Positions 8,908-18,165 of a stretch of DNA of 43,698 nt are shown here, in pieces. Numbering within the stretch: position 1 is the stretch's first letter; every line of letters begins with the position of its first letter. A model generated the notes under the pieces. The model was not told the origin of the DNA. It saw nothing but the letters and a program-made list of their open reading frames with translations, and made no database searches. Position numbers and translations under genes: made by a program. Origin of the DNA: an uncultured Aminicenantes bacterium (GTDB lineage Bacteria; Acidobacteriota; Aminicenantia; UBA2199); assembly GCA_965195285.1 (NCBI GenBank), contig CBDAFS010000053.1, positions 1-43,698 on the forward strand, given 5' to 3'.

Positions 8908-10665
8908 TTATATGGTTTCTTTATCCGTTTTTTTCTTCTTCATCAATTTCTTTTTGATCTTTTCGAGTTCTTTTAACATATTAGCTTCTTCGTTTTTGAA
9001 TTTTTTTCTTTCTTCACTGATACGTTTTTGGTCTTCCTGAATTCTCTTCAATTCTTTTTGAAAAGTTTCTTCAAGCTTTTTATTCAGCAGGTTGATATCG
9101 ATTTCAATTTTCTTTAATTCCCTTTCCGATATGTTTTTGGCACCCTGATTCAGGCGGTTTATTTCAGTTCTCAGTTTTTCCAGTTGTTGCCTTAAAATAT
9201 TATTGAACCTGCTCGAATAGGAATCCCCCAGGTACCTGGAAAAGAAATCCGATTTTGACAGAAATTCCCTCCAGCTCACATATTCATCTTTTACCACATC
9301 GGGAATAATGCTCACTTTTTTAAATTTTCCATCCCGGTAAAAACCGATTTGAATGGATTCTCTATCCCCTATCTCATTCAGTGCATTTCGAATATCAGAA
9401 AGGGTTCTGACCGGTTTGTCGTTGGCCCGGGCAATAATGTCACCTTCAAAGAGGCCTGTTTTTTGAGCAGCACTTTTCTGATACACCTTTGAAATCATCA
9501 GTCCGTACCCCTCTTTCACTTTGAATCTCCTGGCCAGTTCCGCGGTAATCTCCATCACATCAACACCCAGTTTTTTTGATCCCCTTCGATAAAAAACGAA
9601 ATCCTTTGGCTGGGGTAATTTGCCGTACATCTCTGAAATACCCAGGGGCGACTCTGAAATCCGGATGCGAAAATCCCCCACCTGGTAATACTTCATTGGT
9701 TTCGCCTCTCCGATTTTTACCTGCATTGTTTTGCGCTCTTCATTGCGCAATACGTTGATCTTCACAACTTTACCGGGGGGAATGGACCGGATGATACGGC
9801 TCACATCTGAATTGTCCTTTACCCTGTTTCCATCTATCGAGAGAACCACATCATTTTTTTTCAAGCCTGCTTTCCGGGCAGGTGAATTATCGAATACGGC
9901 ATTGATCCTGACCATCCGCCCGGCTTTTTTAGACTGTATGGAAACTCCCAGCCAGCCTCTCTTTATCTTACCGTGCTTTTCCAATTTACCGGCAATTTCC
10001 ATGACTTTTTGAATGGGAACGGCATAACACATATTTTTGTTTCTCAACTTCGGGCTGCGCAGTATCAATTCACCTTCATGATCAATAATGGAGATATCTG
10101 GTTCCATAGCAATTCCAAACCGGCCCCGAATGACAGCAACCAGTTCACCCTTTTTATTAACCACTGCACCGCCGGAGGCTCCGGGAAAAACCGGGGCGTT
10201 CAAGATCATTCCCTGATCAGAAATAGTGCTGACAATTCCCTGAATTATGGAGGGGAACTTGTTATAAAAAACCCCGACCAAGGCAATCCAATCCCCCACA
10301 TCCAGCTTGGACGATTTCTTAATGGGCTTCATGATGTCTTGATCCAATTTCAACAGAATAAGAGAATACCGCCGATCTTCCCCCAGGATTTTGGCATTAA
10401 AACGACGACCCTCAATTGTTTCTATATATATCTTATCAAAAGCATGCCGGGTAATCAGTGTGCTGGTCAAAATCAAATCAGAGGCAATGGCAATACCAGT
10501 GGCAACATATTTTCTGTGATTTTCAGAAATCACCTTGACCAGGGAAGGGGACACACTATTCTTTATCCATTTTATTTCCTTTTCAAATTGCTCGATTTTT
10601 CGCTCGGAAAAAATCGAACTGACCAATACCGGAATAAATAAGAATAATATGATTGTTTTTTTCAT
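8908..10665 (-). CDS. HtrA/DegP-like trypsin-fold protein with two PDZ domains and a C-terminal coiled coil; catalytic triad appears degenerate
   Basis: PGASGGAVVN protease motif and PDZ signatures RGWLGV..SPARKAGL and KLGV..SAAQKTGL. Signal peptide from MKKTIILFLFIP (ATG 10665). Confidence 0.8.
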   Translation of the reverse strand: MKKTIILFLFIPVLVSSIFSERKIEQFEKEIKWIKNSVSPSLVKVISENHRKYVATGIAIASDLILTSTLITRHAFDKIYIETIEGRRFNAKILGEDRRYSLILLKLDQDIMKPIKKSSKLDVGDWIALVGVFYNKFPSIIQGIVSTISDQGMILNAPVFPGASGGAVVNKKGELVAVIRGRFGIAMEPDISIIDHEGELILRSPKLRNKNMCYAVPIQKVMEIAGKLEKHGKIKRGWLGVSIQSKKAGRMVRINAVFDNSPARKAGLKKNDVVLSIDGNRVKDNSDVSRIIRSIPPGKVVKINVLRNEERKTMQVKIGEAKPMKYYQVGDFRIRISESPLGISEMYGKLPQPKDFVFYRRGSKKLGVDVMEITAELARRFKVKEGYGLMISKVYQKSAAQKTGLFEGDIIARANDKPVRTLSDIRNALNEIGDRESIQIGFYRDGKFKKVSIIPDVVKDEYVSWREFLSKSDFFSRYLGDSYSSRFNNILRQQLEKLRTEINRLNQGAKNISERELKKIEIDINLLNKKLEETFQKELKRIQEDQKRISEERKKFKNEEANMLKELEKIKKKLMKKKKTDKETI

Positions 10666-10801
10666 CAAAGCCCTCTCATTAAAAAAGAGACTCTTTTTCT
10701 TGGTTTCTGGTTTCATATAGGATAGATGGATCTTTTTATCATAAAGTTTCATATTATTACAATGAAAAGATTATTATCAAAACTCAAGTTGAACCCGGTA
10801 A

Positions 10802-12619
10802 TCAATAATAATACCATATACTCTGGTATTCCTCAATATCTTCTCCCCTCTGGGATAACTTCTCCAGATAGCTTTTAATGGAAACATCGGTATAAATATA
10901 TGAATCCACCTTTCGGATATTTTTTTCCCAGGGATGAAAGGCATACACCCTCCTTCCATCCGGGCGTATTGAGATAAGCTCATGATCCTGCCAGGACCGC
11001 ATATGATTCTTGCCTAAAAAAGGGACATTGAAAACCGGTTCATCCGAGCGGTAGATTCCGGGAATGAGCCTGGCTTCTTCTTTTCTTTCCTGGAGAATTC
11101 TGGCAATGGGTACCGCATAATCAATCATTTCAGATTTTCCCTTTAAATTGAAAGTATAATAAGGATCAACCCCGATCATTTTAAGCCCGATTCGCAGGGC
11201 TACGGTTTCAAAACGCCTGCTGTTGGCAAAAGTATAAACCTGCTGATTGTAGGTATTGATTCCTTTTTTCCTCAATTTATCAATGGCCACCGCGGATTCA
11301 CGATTTATTTCATAGGGGTGGGAAAAATGGGTGACCAGGCAAATAAAACGTTGATAAACCTGATTACATTCGGCCAAAATGTCAATTAACTCATCATTGA
11401 TCCGCTGGGGAACCGTTATGGGAATTCGGCTGGCTATTCTTATGCTTCTCAGATGCGGGATCGAGGACAAACTGGATAGAAATTGCCTCAATACCGAATT
11501 GGACATGATCAGCGGATCACCTCCGGTTACCAGCAGATCCATTATTTGATCGTGCCGGGAAATCCATTTCACCGCCTTTTCAATATCCTTTTTTAACACC
11601 TGGGCACCTTTCTCAAAGGGGGATTTGATCTCCCAGTTTCTCTGACAATACACACAAATCTGGGGGCAGGTATCATAGGGCTTAACAATCGCTACTTTTA
11701 CGTACCGTCGGGTTACATGATCAACCGGAGATGTATCATGCTCCCGCATGAAATCAAAAGCAAAGGATCGGTCGTTCTGGTGAGAGATCATGGCTTTTAC
11801 ATATTCCTGAGGGGGGAAAACCTGGCGTCGAACCGCATAATCATAGGGGCTGGGATTTTCATCCATCAGGTGAAGATAATGGGGAGTAACTCCAAAGGGA
11901 ATATTATTTTCAATAGCCAGGAGAATGGCTTGTTCCTGAGTAGCGGTGATATTCACAATTTTTCGTAATTTCTCAAGCCCTTTCTTGCTCTTTATGACAT
12001 TTCTGAATTGCCACATATAGTCATTCCAGTCATCTTCTGTGGCTTGAAACACATCCAGAATTCGTTTCCTGTTTTCCTTTCTCCTCTTCTCAATATCGGG
12101 TTGAAGTCCATCTGGATATCGAACCAAAGATTCATCGATCTTCTCACCTATCAGGTCGAGAAAATCAGATCTTCTTTTGGCCGCTTCCCGACCGCTGTAT
12201 TTCTCAAAATCAGGGCTTACAATTCCTTCTATCAGATAAGAGGGATAAACCTTGGCATTTCCCTTTATGGCCCTGAATAAATGTTCAAACTCATCGATGA
12301 AATCATCGGCCACCTGGCTGTCACCATCCCTGGAGGCCTTCCATAGAAATTCCAGAGGGGATGTCTCGGCAATTCTTTCATACCTCCTGGAGAGAAGATT
12401 CTTTAAGACCGATAAAGAATGTTTGAATAAAATGAAATCGGCATTGGAGAGTTCGAAATAATCATTTCTAAAAGCCATTTCAGATGAATTCAGGTAATTC
12501 ATCATCTTGTGGCGGGCCGAATCCAGGCTCTTGCTTTCTTTCAAGAGTTGATAAATATCCGGGGCAACATGCCAGCATTTTTTCCATCTTTTGTGATAAA
12601 TCTTGGTACTATCATACAT
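10802..12619 (-). CDS. KamA-family radical SAM protein (lysine 2,3-aminomutase-like, long form)
   Basis: HVTRRY, CPQICVYCQR (CxxxCxxC), TGGDPL, RIPITVPQRI, THFSHPYEI and a PFLGK putative PLP lysine. Likely start is ATG 12619 after GGAG. Confidence 0.85.
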   Translation of the reverse strand: MYDSTKIYHKRWKKCWHVAPDIYQLLKESKSLDSARHKMMNYLNSSEMAFRNDYFELSNADFILFKHSLSVLKNLLSRRYERIAETSPLEFLWKASRDGDSQVADDFIDEFEHLFRAIKGNAKVYPSYLIEGIVSPDFEKYSGREAAKRRSDFLDLIGEKIDESLVRYPDGLQPDIEKRRKENRKRILDVFQATEDDWNDYMWQFRNVIKSKKGLEKLRKIVNITATQEQAILLAIENNIPFGVTPHYLHLMDENPSPYDYAVRRQVFPPQEYVKAMISHQNDRSFAFDFMREHDTSPVDHVTRRYVKVAIVKPYDTCPQICVYCQRNWEIKSPFEKGAQVLKKDIEKAVKWISRHDQIMDLLVTGGDPLIMSNSVLRQFLSSLSSIPHLRSIRIASRIPITVPQRINDELIDILAECNQVYQRFICLVTHFSHPYEINRESAVAIDKLRKKGINTYNQQVYTFANSRRFETVALRIGLKMIGVDPYYTFNLKGKSEMIDYAVPIARILQERKEEARLIPGIYRSDEPVFNVPFLGKNHMRSWQDHELISIRPDGRRVYAFHPWEKNIRKVDSYIYTDVSIKSYLEKLSQRGEDIEEYQSIWYYY

Positions 12620-12747
12620 GAATGATTCTCCAGTTGAAAACACAACTCAATAACATTTATCATAAACCATTTTTCGCGGAAAATCAAATTTATCCCGCTT
12701 AGAGCCCGGCAAGCAATTCAAATGTGACATTACCGGACAGGCCACAC

Positions 12748-12776
12748 TTTACATATTCCGGAATAAATAATAGAAT
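12748..12776 (+). promoter_or_regulatory. Candidate sigma70 promoter giving a leaderless dgt transcript
   Basis: TTTACA-17 nt-TAGAAT, with ATG 12783 6 nt after the -10 box. Confidence 0.5.
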
Positions 12777-12782
12777 GTGAGC

Positions 12783-13802
12783 ATGGAGATAAGAGAACAG
12801 CTGGAGAGGAATGAAGAGCGGTTGGATCCCAGAGCAGCCAAAAGCAAAAATAGCCATAAACAACGATTGGAAAAAAAATCACCGGTTCGAACCGAATTTC
12901 AACGCGATCGGGATCGGATACTGCATTCCAAGTCTTTTCGAAGGTTAAAGCATAAAACCCAGGTTTTCATAGCCCCGGAAGGAGATCATTTCAGAACCCG
13001 CCTGACCCATACCCTGGAGGTTAGCCAAATAGCCAGGACCATTGCCAAGGCGCTGAATATGAATGAAGATCTTACCGAGGCAATTGCCCTGGGGCATGAT
13101 ATCGGGCATACACCTTTCGGTCATATCGGAGAGAAAGTGCTGGATGAACTAACCGAATCCGGATTCAGGCACAATGAACAGAGCTTAAGGGTAGTCGACA
13201 AAATTGAATACAATGGTAAAGGCCTCAATCTGACCAATGAAGTCCGTAATGGCATCATTACCCATTCTAAGGGTATGGGACCGATCTTTGGGGAAGATAT
13301 CTCAACATTACCAAAAACCCTGGAGGGTCAAATTGTACGAATTTCCGATTTGATTGCCTACGTCAATCACGATATCGATGATGCCCTCAGGGCCGGAGTG
13401 ATTAGTGAAAAAAACATTCCGTTATCCAGCCAAAAATTGTTGGGAAAAACCTTTGCCAAGAGAATCGATACCATTGTTGTTGATGTCATTAAAAAGAGTA
13501 TCCAGAACAACCTGAAAACCATTTTGATGTCCGAAGAAATTCTGGATGAACTGGTTTTATTACGTGAATTTCTCTATCAGAGAGTCTACTGGCGGAAGGA
13601 GAGGGAGCAAAACCGGGAAAAAATTCGGAAAATATTGCTTACCATTTTTGACTGGATACAAAATCAACCTGAACAATACATATATCCTTTTCCGGAAAAT
13701 GATCCGGTTGAACGACGGATTATCGATTTTATTGCCGGCATGACCGACCGCTACGCCATCACTTTATTCAGAGAAATAACCCTCCCCACCCATATTTATT
13801 AA
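12783..13802 (+). CDS. dgt: Deoxyguanosinetriphosphate triphosphohydrolase (dGTPase, HD family)
   Basis: RTEFQRDRDRILHSKSFRRLKHKTQVF, RTRLTHTLEV, HDIGHTPFGH and DFIAGMTD. Confidence 0.93.
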   Translation: MEIREQLERNEERLDPRAAKSKNSHKQRLEKKSPVRTEFQRDRDRILHSKSFRRLKHKTQVFIAPEGDHFRTRLTHTLEVSQIARTIAKALNMNEDLTEAIALGHDIGHTPFGHIGEKVLDELTESGFRHNEQSLRVVDKIEYNGKGLNLTNEVRNGIITHSKGMGPIFGEDISTLPKTLEGQIVRISDLIAYVNHDIDDALRAGVISEKNIPLSSQKLLGKTFAKRIDTIVVDVIKKSIQNNLKTILMSEEILDELVLLREFLYQRVYWRKEREQNREKIRKILLTIFDWIQNQPEQYIYPFPENDPVERRIIDFIAGMTDRYAITLFREITLPTHIY

Positions 13803-13903
13803 ATTCAAACTGATTCTAAAAAGTAACCGTTCAGCTATTGACAGGGTTTTAACAACATGAGAGAATTTGCTTTTAAGACATCGTAAACCGTTTGGGCAAA
13901 ACA

Positions 13904-14095
13904 ATGAAAGAAGAAATTATCGCTAAGGACTTGTTGGAAATATTGGCCTGCCCCGAGTGCCAAGTTGATGTGGAACCCATTCAGTATCAGCCGGGCAAAT
14001 ACGGATTGAAATGTCGGAAATGCCAGCGCATCTACCCCATCGAAGATGGAATACCGGTCATGCTGGTAGATGAAGCCATTCAAATCAAAACCTGA
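13904..14095 (+). CDS. Trm112/YcaR-family small protein
   Basis: LLEILACPEC...LKCRKCQRIYPIEDGIPVML. Confidence 0.85.
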   Translation: MKEEIIAKDLLEILACPECQVDVEPIQYQPGKYGLKCRKCQRIYPIEDGIPVMLVDEAIQIKT

Positions 14096-15106
14096 TTGGT
14101 GGAAAAAACTCTATTTATCCGACTTCGATTGCTGGGAGATATCATTTTCACCATTCCGGCTGTTCAATTGTATAAAAATCACTATCCGGACCATGACCTT
14201 TATTATGTTGTCGAAGAAAAATTCAGAGAGATTGCCGAACTGATTCCCGGTATCCATGAAGTTCTGGTTGTACCCCATCGGATGGGGTTGAGGAAGCTCA
14301 TGGACTTCAGAAAGCAGGTGAAAAGCATTGGATTCAATCAGGTGGTCGATTTTCATTCCGGACCCAAAAGTGCACTGCTCACTTACCTGTCCGGTATTAA
14401 AATCCGGATCGGATACCGTACACCCAACCGAAATTATGCCTACAACCGGTTGACCTCACGAAAAATTTATGATTCCCCCACCCATTCTACCTTCAACCAG
14501 GCCATGCTTCTTGAACATTTGAATATCGTAATCGATCAAAATATTCAGAATATTCCCGCTTATCCGCCCATTACAATCCCGGCTGAATCCGTTTCAGATC
14601 ATGTCCGGGACAGCTTATCAAAACAAAAAAAAGTGGTTATTCACCTGGGGGCCGGGAATCGTTTCAGAGATTGGGGAATGAAAAATTTTTCGTCCTTGAT
14701 CGAAAAACTGGTTCAAGAGAATTGTTGTATTTACCTGATCGGAAATACAGATATTGAAAAAAAAAGGGGGGAAATACTGAAAAACAGATTTCAGGTCATC
14801 AATTTTACCGGAAAACTATCAATCAAAGACACCTTGTATTTGATTGATGAATCCGATATCTACGTGGGATTTGATTCCGGACCGCTTCACCTGGCCTCGC
14901 TGACGCGAACACCTATCGTGGCCATGTACGGTCCCAACATCCCAGAAATCAGTGGGCCCTGGAGAAAACATGACCTGACCATTATTCAAGTCGACTTGGA
15001 TTGCAGGCCATGTTCTCAAAGAAAGTGTATTTATGATACAATAAGGTGTATTAACGATATTGAGGTAAATCATGTTTATGAAGCAGTTAAAAGCCATATT
15101 GGATAA
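14096..15106 (+). CDS. Glycosyltransferase family 9 (LPS heptosyltransferase-like)
   Basis: IRLRLLGD, DSGPLHLA, YGP and CRPC..C..C motifs. Confidence 0.88.
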   Translation: MVEKTLFIRLRLLGDIIFTIPAVQLYKNHYPDHDLYYVVEEKFREIAELIPGIHEVLVVPHRMGLRKLMDFRKQVKSIGFNQVVDFHSGPKSALLTYLSGIKIRIGYRTPNRNYAYNRLTSRKIYDSPTHSTFNQAMLLEHLNIVIDQNIQNIPAYPPITIPAESVSDHVRDSLSKQKKVVIHLGAGNRFRDWGMKNFSSLIEKLVQENCCIYLIGNTDIEKKRGEILKNRFQVINFTGKLSIKDTLYLIDESDIYVGFDSGPLHLASLTRTPIVAMYGPNIPEISGPWRKHDLTIIQVDLDCRPCSQRKCIYDTIRCINDIEVNHVYEAVKSHIG

Positions 15107-16283
15107 CCTGTTCGATCTTGAAAAATCGGCGTCATTCTATATGCTGACCGCCTTTCTCTTTTTCATTCAATTATCAATTTTTGTCTGTTACCTCATTTTT
15201 TGCTACTTGATTCTGGGCTTGGTTTTTTATTCCATAAAAAACAGGAAACGACCTCCCATGCCGTCATATTTTGTCTATTTCATATTTTTCATCCTTTTCA
15301 CCTTAATCTCCACTATATTTTCAATTGACAAAATCAACAGTTTGAAGGACAACAAAGCTATTTTTATCTTTCTACTGATTCCCATATTCATGTTGGTCAT
15401 CAATTCCAGGAAAAAATTGATCTTTAGCCTGATCACACTTTTAATCTCTGCCCTTCTATCCTCTCTGGTTGGTATCTTTGACATCATTAAACAGGGAATC
15501 TCACTTGACCATCGGCTGAAAGGGTTCACCTCTCATTGGATGACATATTCCGGACTGCTGATGTTCATATTTATTTTCTTTTTTGTCTATATTTTTTATG
15601 AAAAGAAAAAAAACCACAGGCTGCTTTTTTTTGTTTCACTGATTATTTTGCTGGCAACCATACTGTTCTCTCAAACTCGTTCAGTATGGGTGGGTATTGG
15701 TTTTTCCCTATTTTTATTCCTGGTCTTTTTCAAACCCAAAACACTTTTCTATCTGATCCCGGCTGTGTTTATTTTAATTTATTTCACCCCCGAATCGGTA
15801 AAGCAGAGAATGTATTCGATTATTGACCTGAAAAATCATTCCAACCAGGACCGGATACACATGATTTACACCGGTTTCAATATTTTTAAAGCTTACCCGC
15901 TTACCGGAGTTGGCAGTAACAATATTGAGAAAGTCTATCCCGATTACCAGCACCCTTCGGCTGCCCAAACCAATCCCCATCTTCACAATAATTTCCTGCA
16001 GATTCTGGCTGAGAGAGGTATTTTTACCCTGATCAGTCTGCTGGCGGCATTTATTGCCGTTTTGATCGGTTTGATTGTCAAGGTAAAACGTTCTAAGAAT
16101 CTTGATAAAGCAATTGCTACCGGCGCCCTCTTTGTTTTTATCGGCTTTTTGGCGGCCGGTTTGTTTGAATACAATTTCGGTGACTCTGAAATCAAATTCC
16201 TGCTATTCTATTTTATCAGTATCCCCTTCATTCCCCATATCAATCTAAATCGAGATAACCATGATCAATCAAAAGCGATTTGA
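15072..16283 (+). CDS. O-antigen ligase family membrane protein
   Basis: Multi-TM protein with SQTRSVW, PLTGVG and HLHNNFLQILAERG. Confidence 0.85.
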   Translation: MFMKQLKAILDNLFDLEKSASFYMLTAFLFFIQLSIFVCYLIFCYLILGLVFYSIKNRKRPPMPSYFVYFIFFILFTLISTIFSIDKINSLKDNKAIFIFLLIPIFMLVINSRKKLIFSLITLLISALLSSLVGIFDIIKQGISLDHRLKGFTSHWMTYSGLLMFIFIFFFVYIFYEKKKNHRLLFFVSLIILLATILFSQTRSVWVGIGFSLFLFLVFFKPKTLFYLIPAVFILIYFTPESVKQRMYSIIDLKNHSNQDRIHMIYTGFNIFKAYPLTGVGSNNIEKVYPDYQHPSAAQTNPHLHNNFLQILAERGIFTLISLLAAFIAVLIGLIVKVKRSKNLDKAIATGALFVFIGFLAAGLFEYNFGDSEIKFLLFYFISIPFIPHINLNRDNHDQSKAI

Positions 16284-17235
16284 AGAGATTTCATCCCGTT
16301 TTAAAAACAAAAAGATTTTAATATACGGAGATATCATTCTGGATCGGTATATTTTCGGAAGTGTCAGTCGAATATCCCCTGAAGCACCGGTCCCGGTCTT
16401 GAAAATTCACCATGAAGAATGCAGACTGGGAGGTGCCGGCAATGTATGTGCCAATCTTCATGCCCTGGGTGCAACCGCGATTCTTCTGGGTGTTACGGGA
16501 AACGATTTATACTCGAAAGAGATTTCAAAACTCAAATATAAAAACAACCTGATACAAACCAATCCCGCCAACAAGACCTTGGTCAAAACCAGGGTCATTT
16601 CCCAGCGTCAGCAAATCGTCAGAATTGACCGGGAGGAAGGGATCCACTTGACCCCTGAACTGGAAGCTGAGATCATCAATTCCATCAATCAGCTCCATTT
16701 GGATGGAATCATCGTATCTGATTATGCCAAGGGTACGGTGAACAAAAAAGTAATGGAATTTTTAAAAAAAAAAGCAAAATCAAATCAGATCCCGATTATT
16801 GTGGATCCCAAGCCACCCAATTTTGATCTTTATGATTCCATCCATGGAATTACCCCCAACATAAAAGAAGCCGAACAAATTATCAATAAAAAAATTCAAT
16901 CAGACCAAGATGCGGTCAAGGCAGCCAAAATCATCCGCAAAAAATTCAAGACCTCTTTTTCAATGATCACCCGGGGAGATCAAGGAATGACCGTATCAGA
17001 AGTAGGAGCAAAGACTTTCCATGTTCCGGCCATCACCCACGAGGTATTTGATGTCACCGGTGCCGGTGACACTGTTGTTTCGATGCTGACTCTATCACTG
17101 GTTTCCGGTGCCAGTCTGAAAGAGGCTGCATTTCTGTCCAATGCAGCTGCCTCAATCGTCATCGAAAAAGTCGGAACCTCCCAGGTGCAGGTGGATGAAC
17201 TTCGGGAACGCCTTCATTTCTTAACAAACCGGTAG
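16261..17235 (+). CDS. rfaE1: D-glycero-beta-D-manno-heptose-7-phosphate kinase (HldA / RfaE domain I)
   Basis: GDIILDRY..RISPEAPVPV, GGAGNV, SDYAKG and DVTGAGD. Confidence 0.92.
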   Translation: MINQKRFEEISSRFKNKKILIYGDIILDRYIFGSVSRISPEAPVPVLKIHHEECRLGGAGNVCANLHALGATAILLGVTGNDLYSKEISKLKYKNNLIQTNPANKTLVKTRVISQRQQIVRIDREEGIHLTPELEAEIINSINQLHLDGIIVSDYAKGTVNKKVMEFLKKKAKSNQIPIIVDPKPPNFDLYDSIHGITPNIKEAEQIINKKIQSDQDAVKAAKIIRKKFKTSFSMITRGDQGMTVSEVGAKTFHVPAITHEVFDVTGAGDTVVSMLTLSLVSGASLKEAAFLSNAAASIVIEKVGTSQVQVDELRERLHFLTNR

Positions 17236-17387
17236 TATGATGTTGATTTCATAGTCAGCTGTCGGACTGATTACTCATTTTAATCTGTAACGAATTGCTG
17301 AAAATTTACCTGATTTACCCTATACTATTCAAGTAGGAGAACATGAATATGTGCGACAATCTACGGTCATACGATCGATTGAACTCA

Positions 17388-17416
17388 TTGACAGCAACAG
17401 TATGAAATGATAAAAT
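17388..17416 (+). promoter_or_regulatory. sigma70 promoter of the lptB-rpoN-PTS operon
   Basis: TTGACA-17 nt-TAAAAT with an extended -10 TG. Confidence 0.7.
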
Positions 17417-17448
17417 GAGCTTTAATTCATCAAGATTGAAGAAATATA

Positions 17449-18165
17449 ATGAAAACAATTGAATGTCGGAATATTAGTAAATCATTTAAAAAGAGAACCG
17501 TTGTAAAAAATATTTCCATTCTTTTGAAACAGGGTGAAATTATCGGATTATTGGGTCCAAACGGAGCCGGAAAAACCACCACCTTTTTCATGATCCTGGG
17601 AATTCATAAACCGGACAGCGGTAAAATCCTACTCAACAACCAGGACATGACAAATTATCCGGTTTACCTCAGAGCCCGAAAGGGAATCAGTTTTTTACCC
17701 CAGGAACCTTCAATTTTCAAAGGTCTCACCGTACGGGAAAACATTCAGGCCATTCTTGATATTAATAAGAACCAGTATAAGATTGATATCAATAAGACAC
17801 TTAATGAAATGGGACTGGGTCAACTGAAGAACCAAAAAGCATATATGTTGTCCGGTGGGGAAAGAAGAAGACTTGAAATTGCCAGGTCTCTTATACTGTC
17901 GCCGGATTTCCTACTATTGGATGAACCATTTGCCGGAATCGACCCCATTCAGATCAAAGAAATTCAAACCCTGATTCAATCCTTTAAAGAAAAAGGCCTG
18001 GGAATCATTATCACGGATCATAATGTCAGGGAAATCTTGAAAATTACCGAAAGGTCATACATTATTAATAAAGGAAAATTGATTTTTCATGGTGATTCCA
18101 AAACCCTGATTAATGACAAAAAGGTTAAGGCGGAATATCTGGGAAAACAATTCAGGTGGAATTAG
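17449..18165 (+). CDS. lptB: LPS export ABC transporter ATPase
   Basis: GPNGAGKTTTF, LSGGERRRLEIAR, LLDEPFAGIDP and ITDHNVRE; sits upstream of rpoN. Confidence 0.95.
   Translation: MKTIECRNISKSFKKRTVVKNISILLKQGEIIGLLGPNGAGKTTTFFMILGIHKPDSGKILLNNQDMTNYPVYLRARKGISFLPQEPSIFKGLTVRENIQAILDINKNQYKIDINKTLNEMGLGQLKNQKAYMLSGGERRRLEIARSLILSPDFLLLDEPFAGIDPIQIKEIQTLIQSFKEKGLGIIITDHNVREILKITERSYIINKGKLIFHGDSKTLINDKKVKAEYLGKQFRWN

Noticed and set aside
17236-17448. Structured ncRNA (6S-like) in the rfaE1-lptB gap
   Set aside because: No extended self-complementarity or family motif could be seen.
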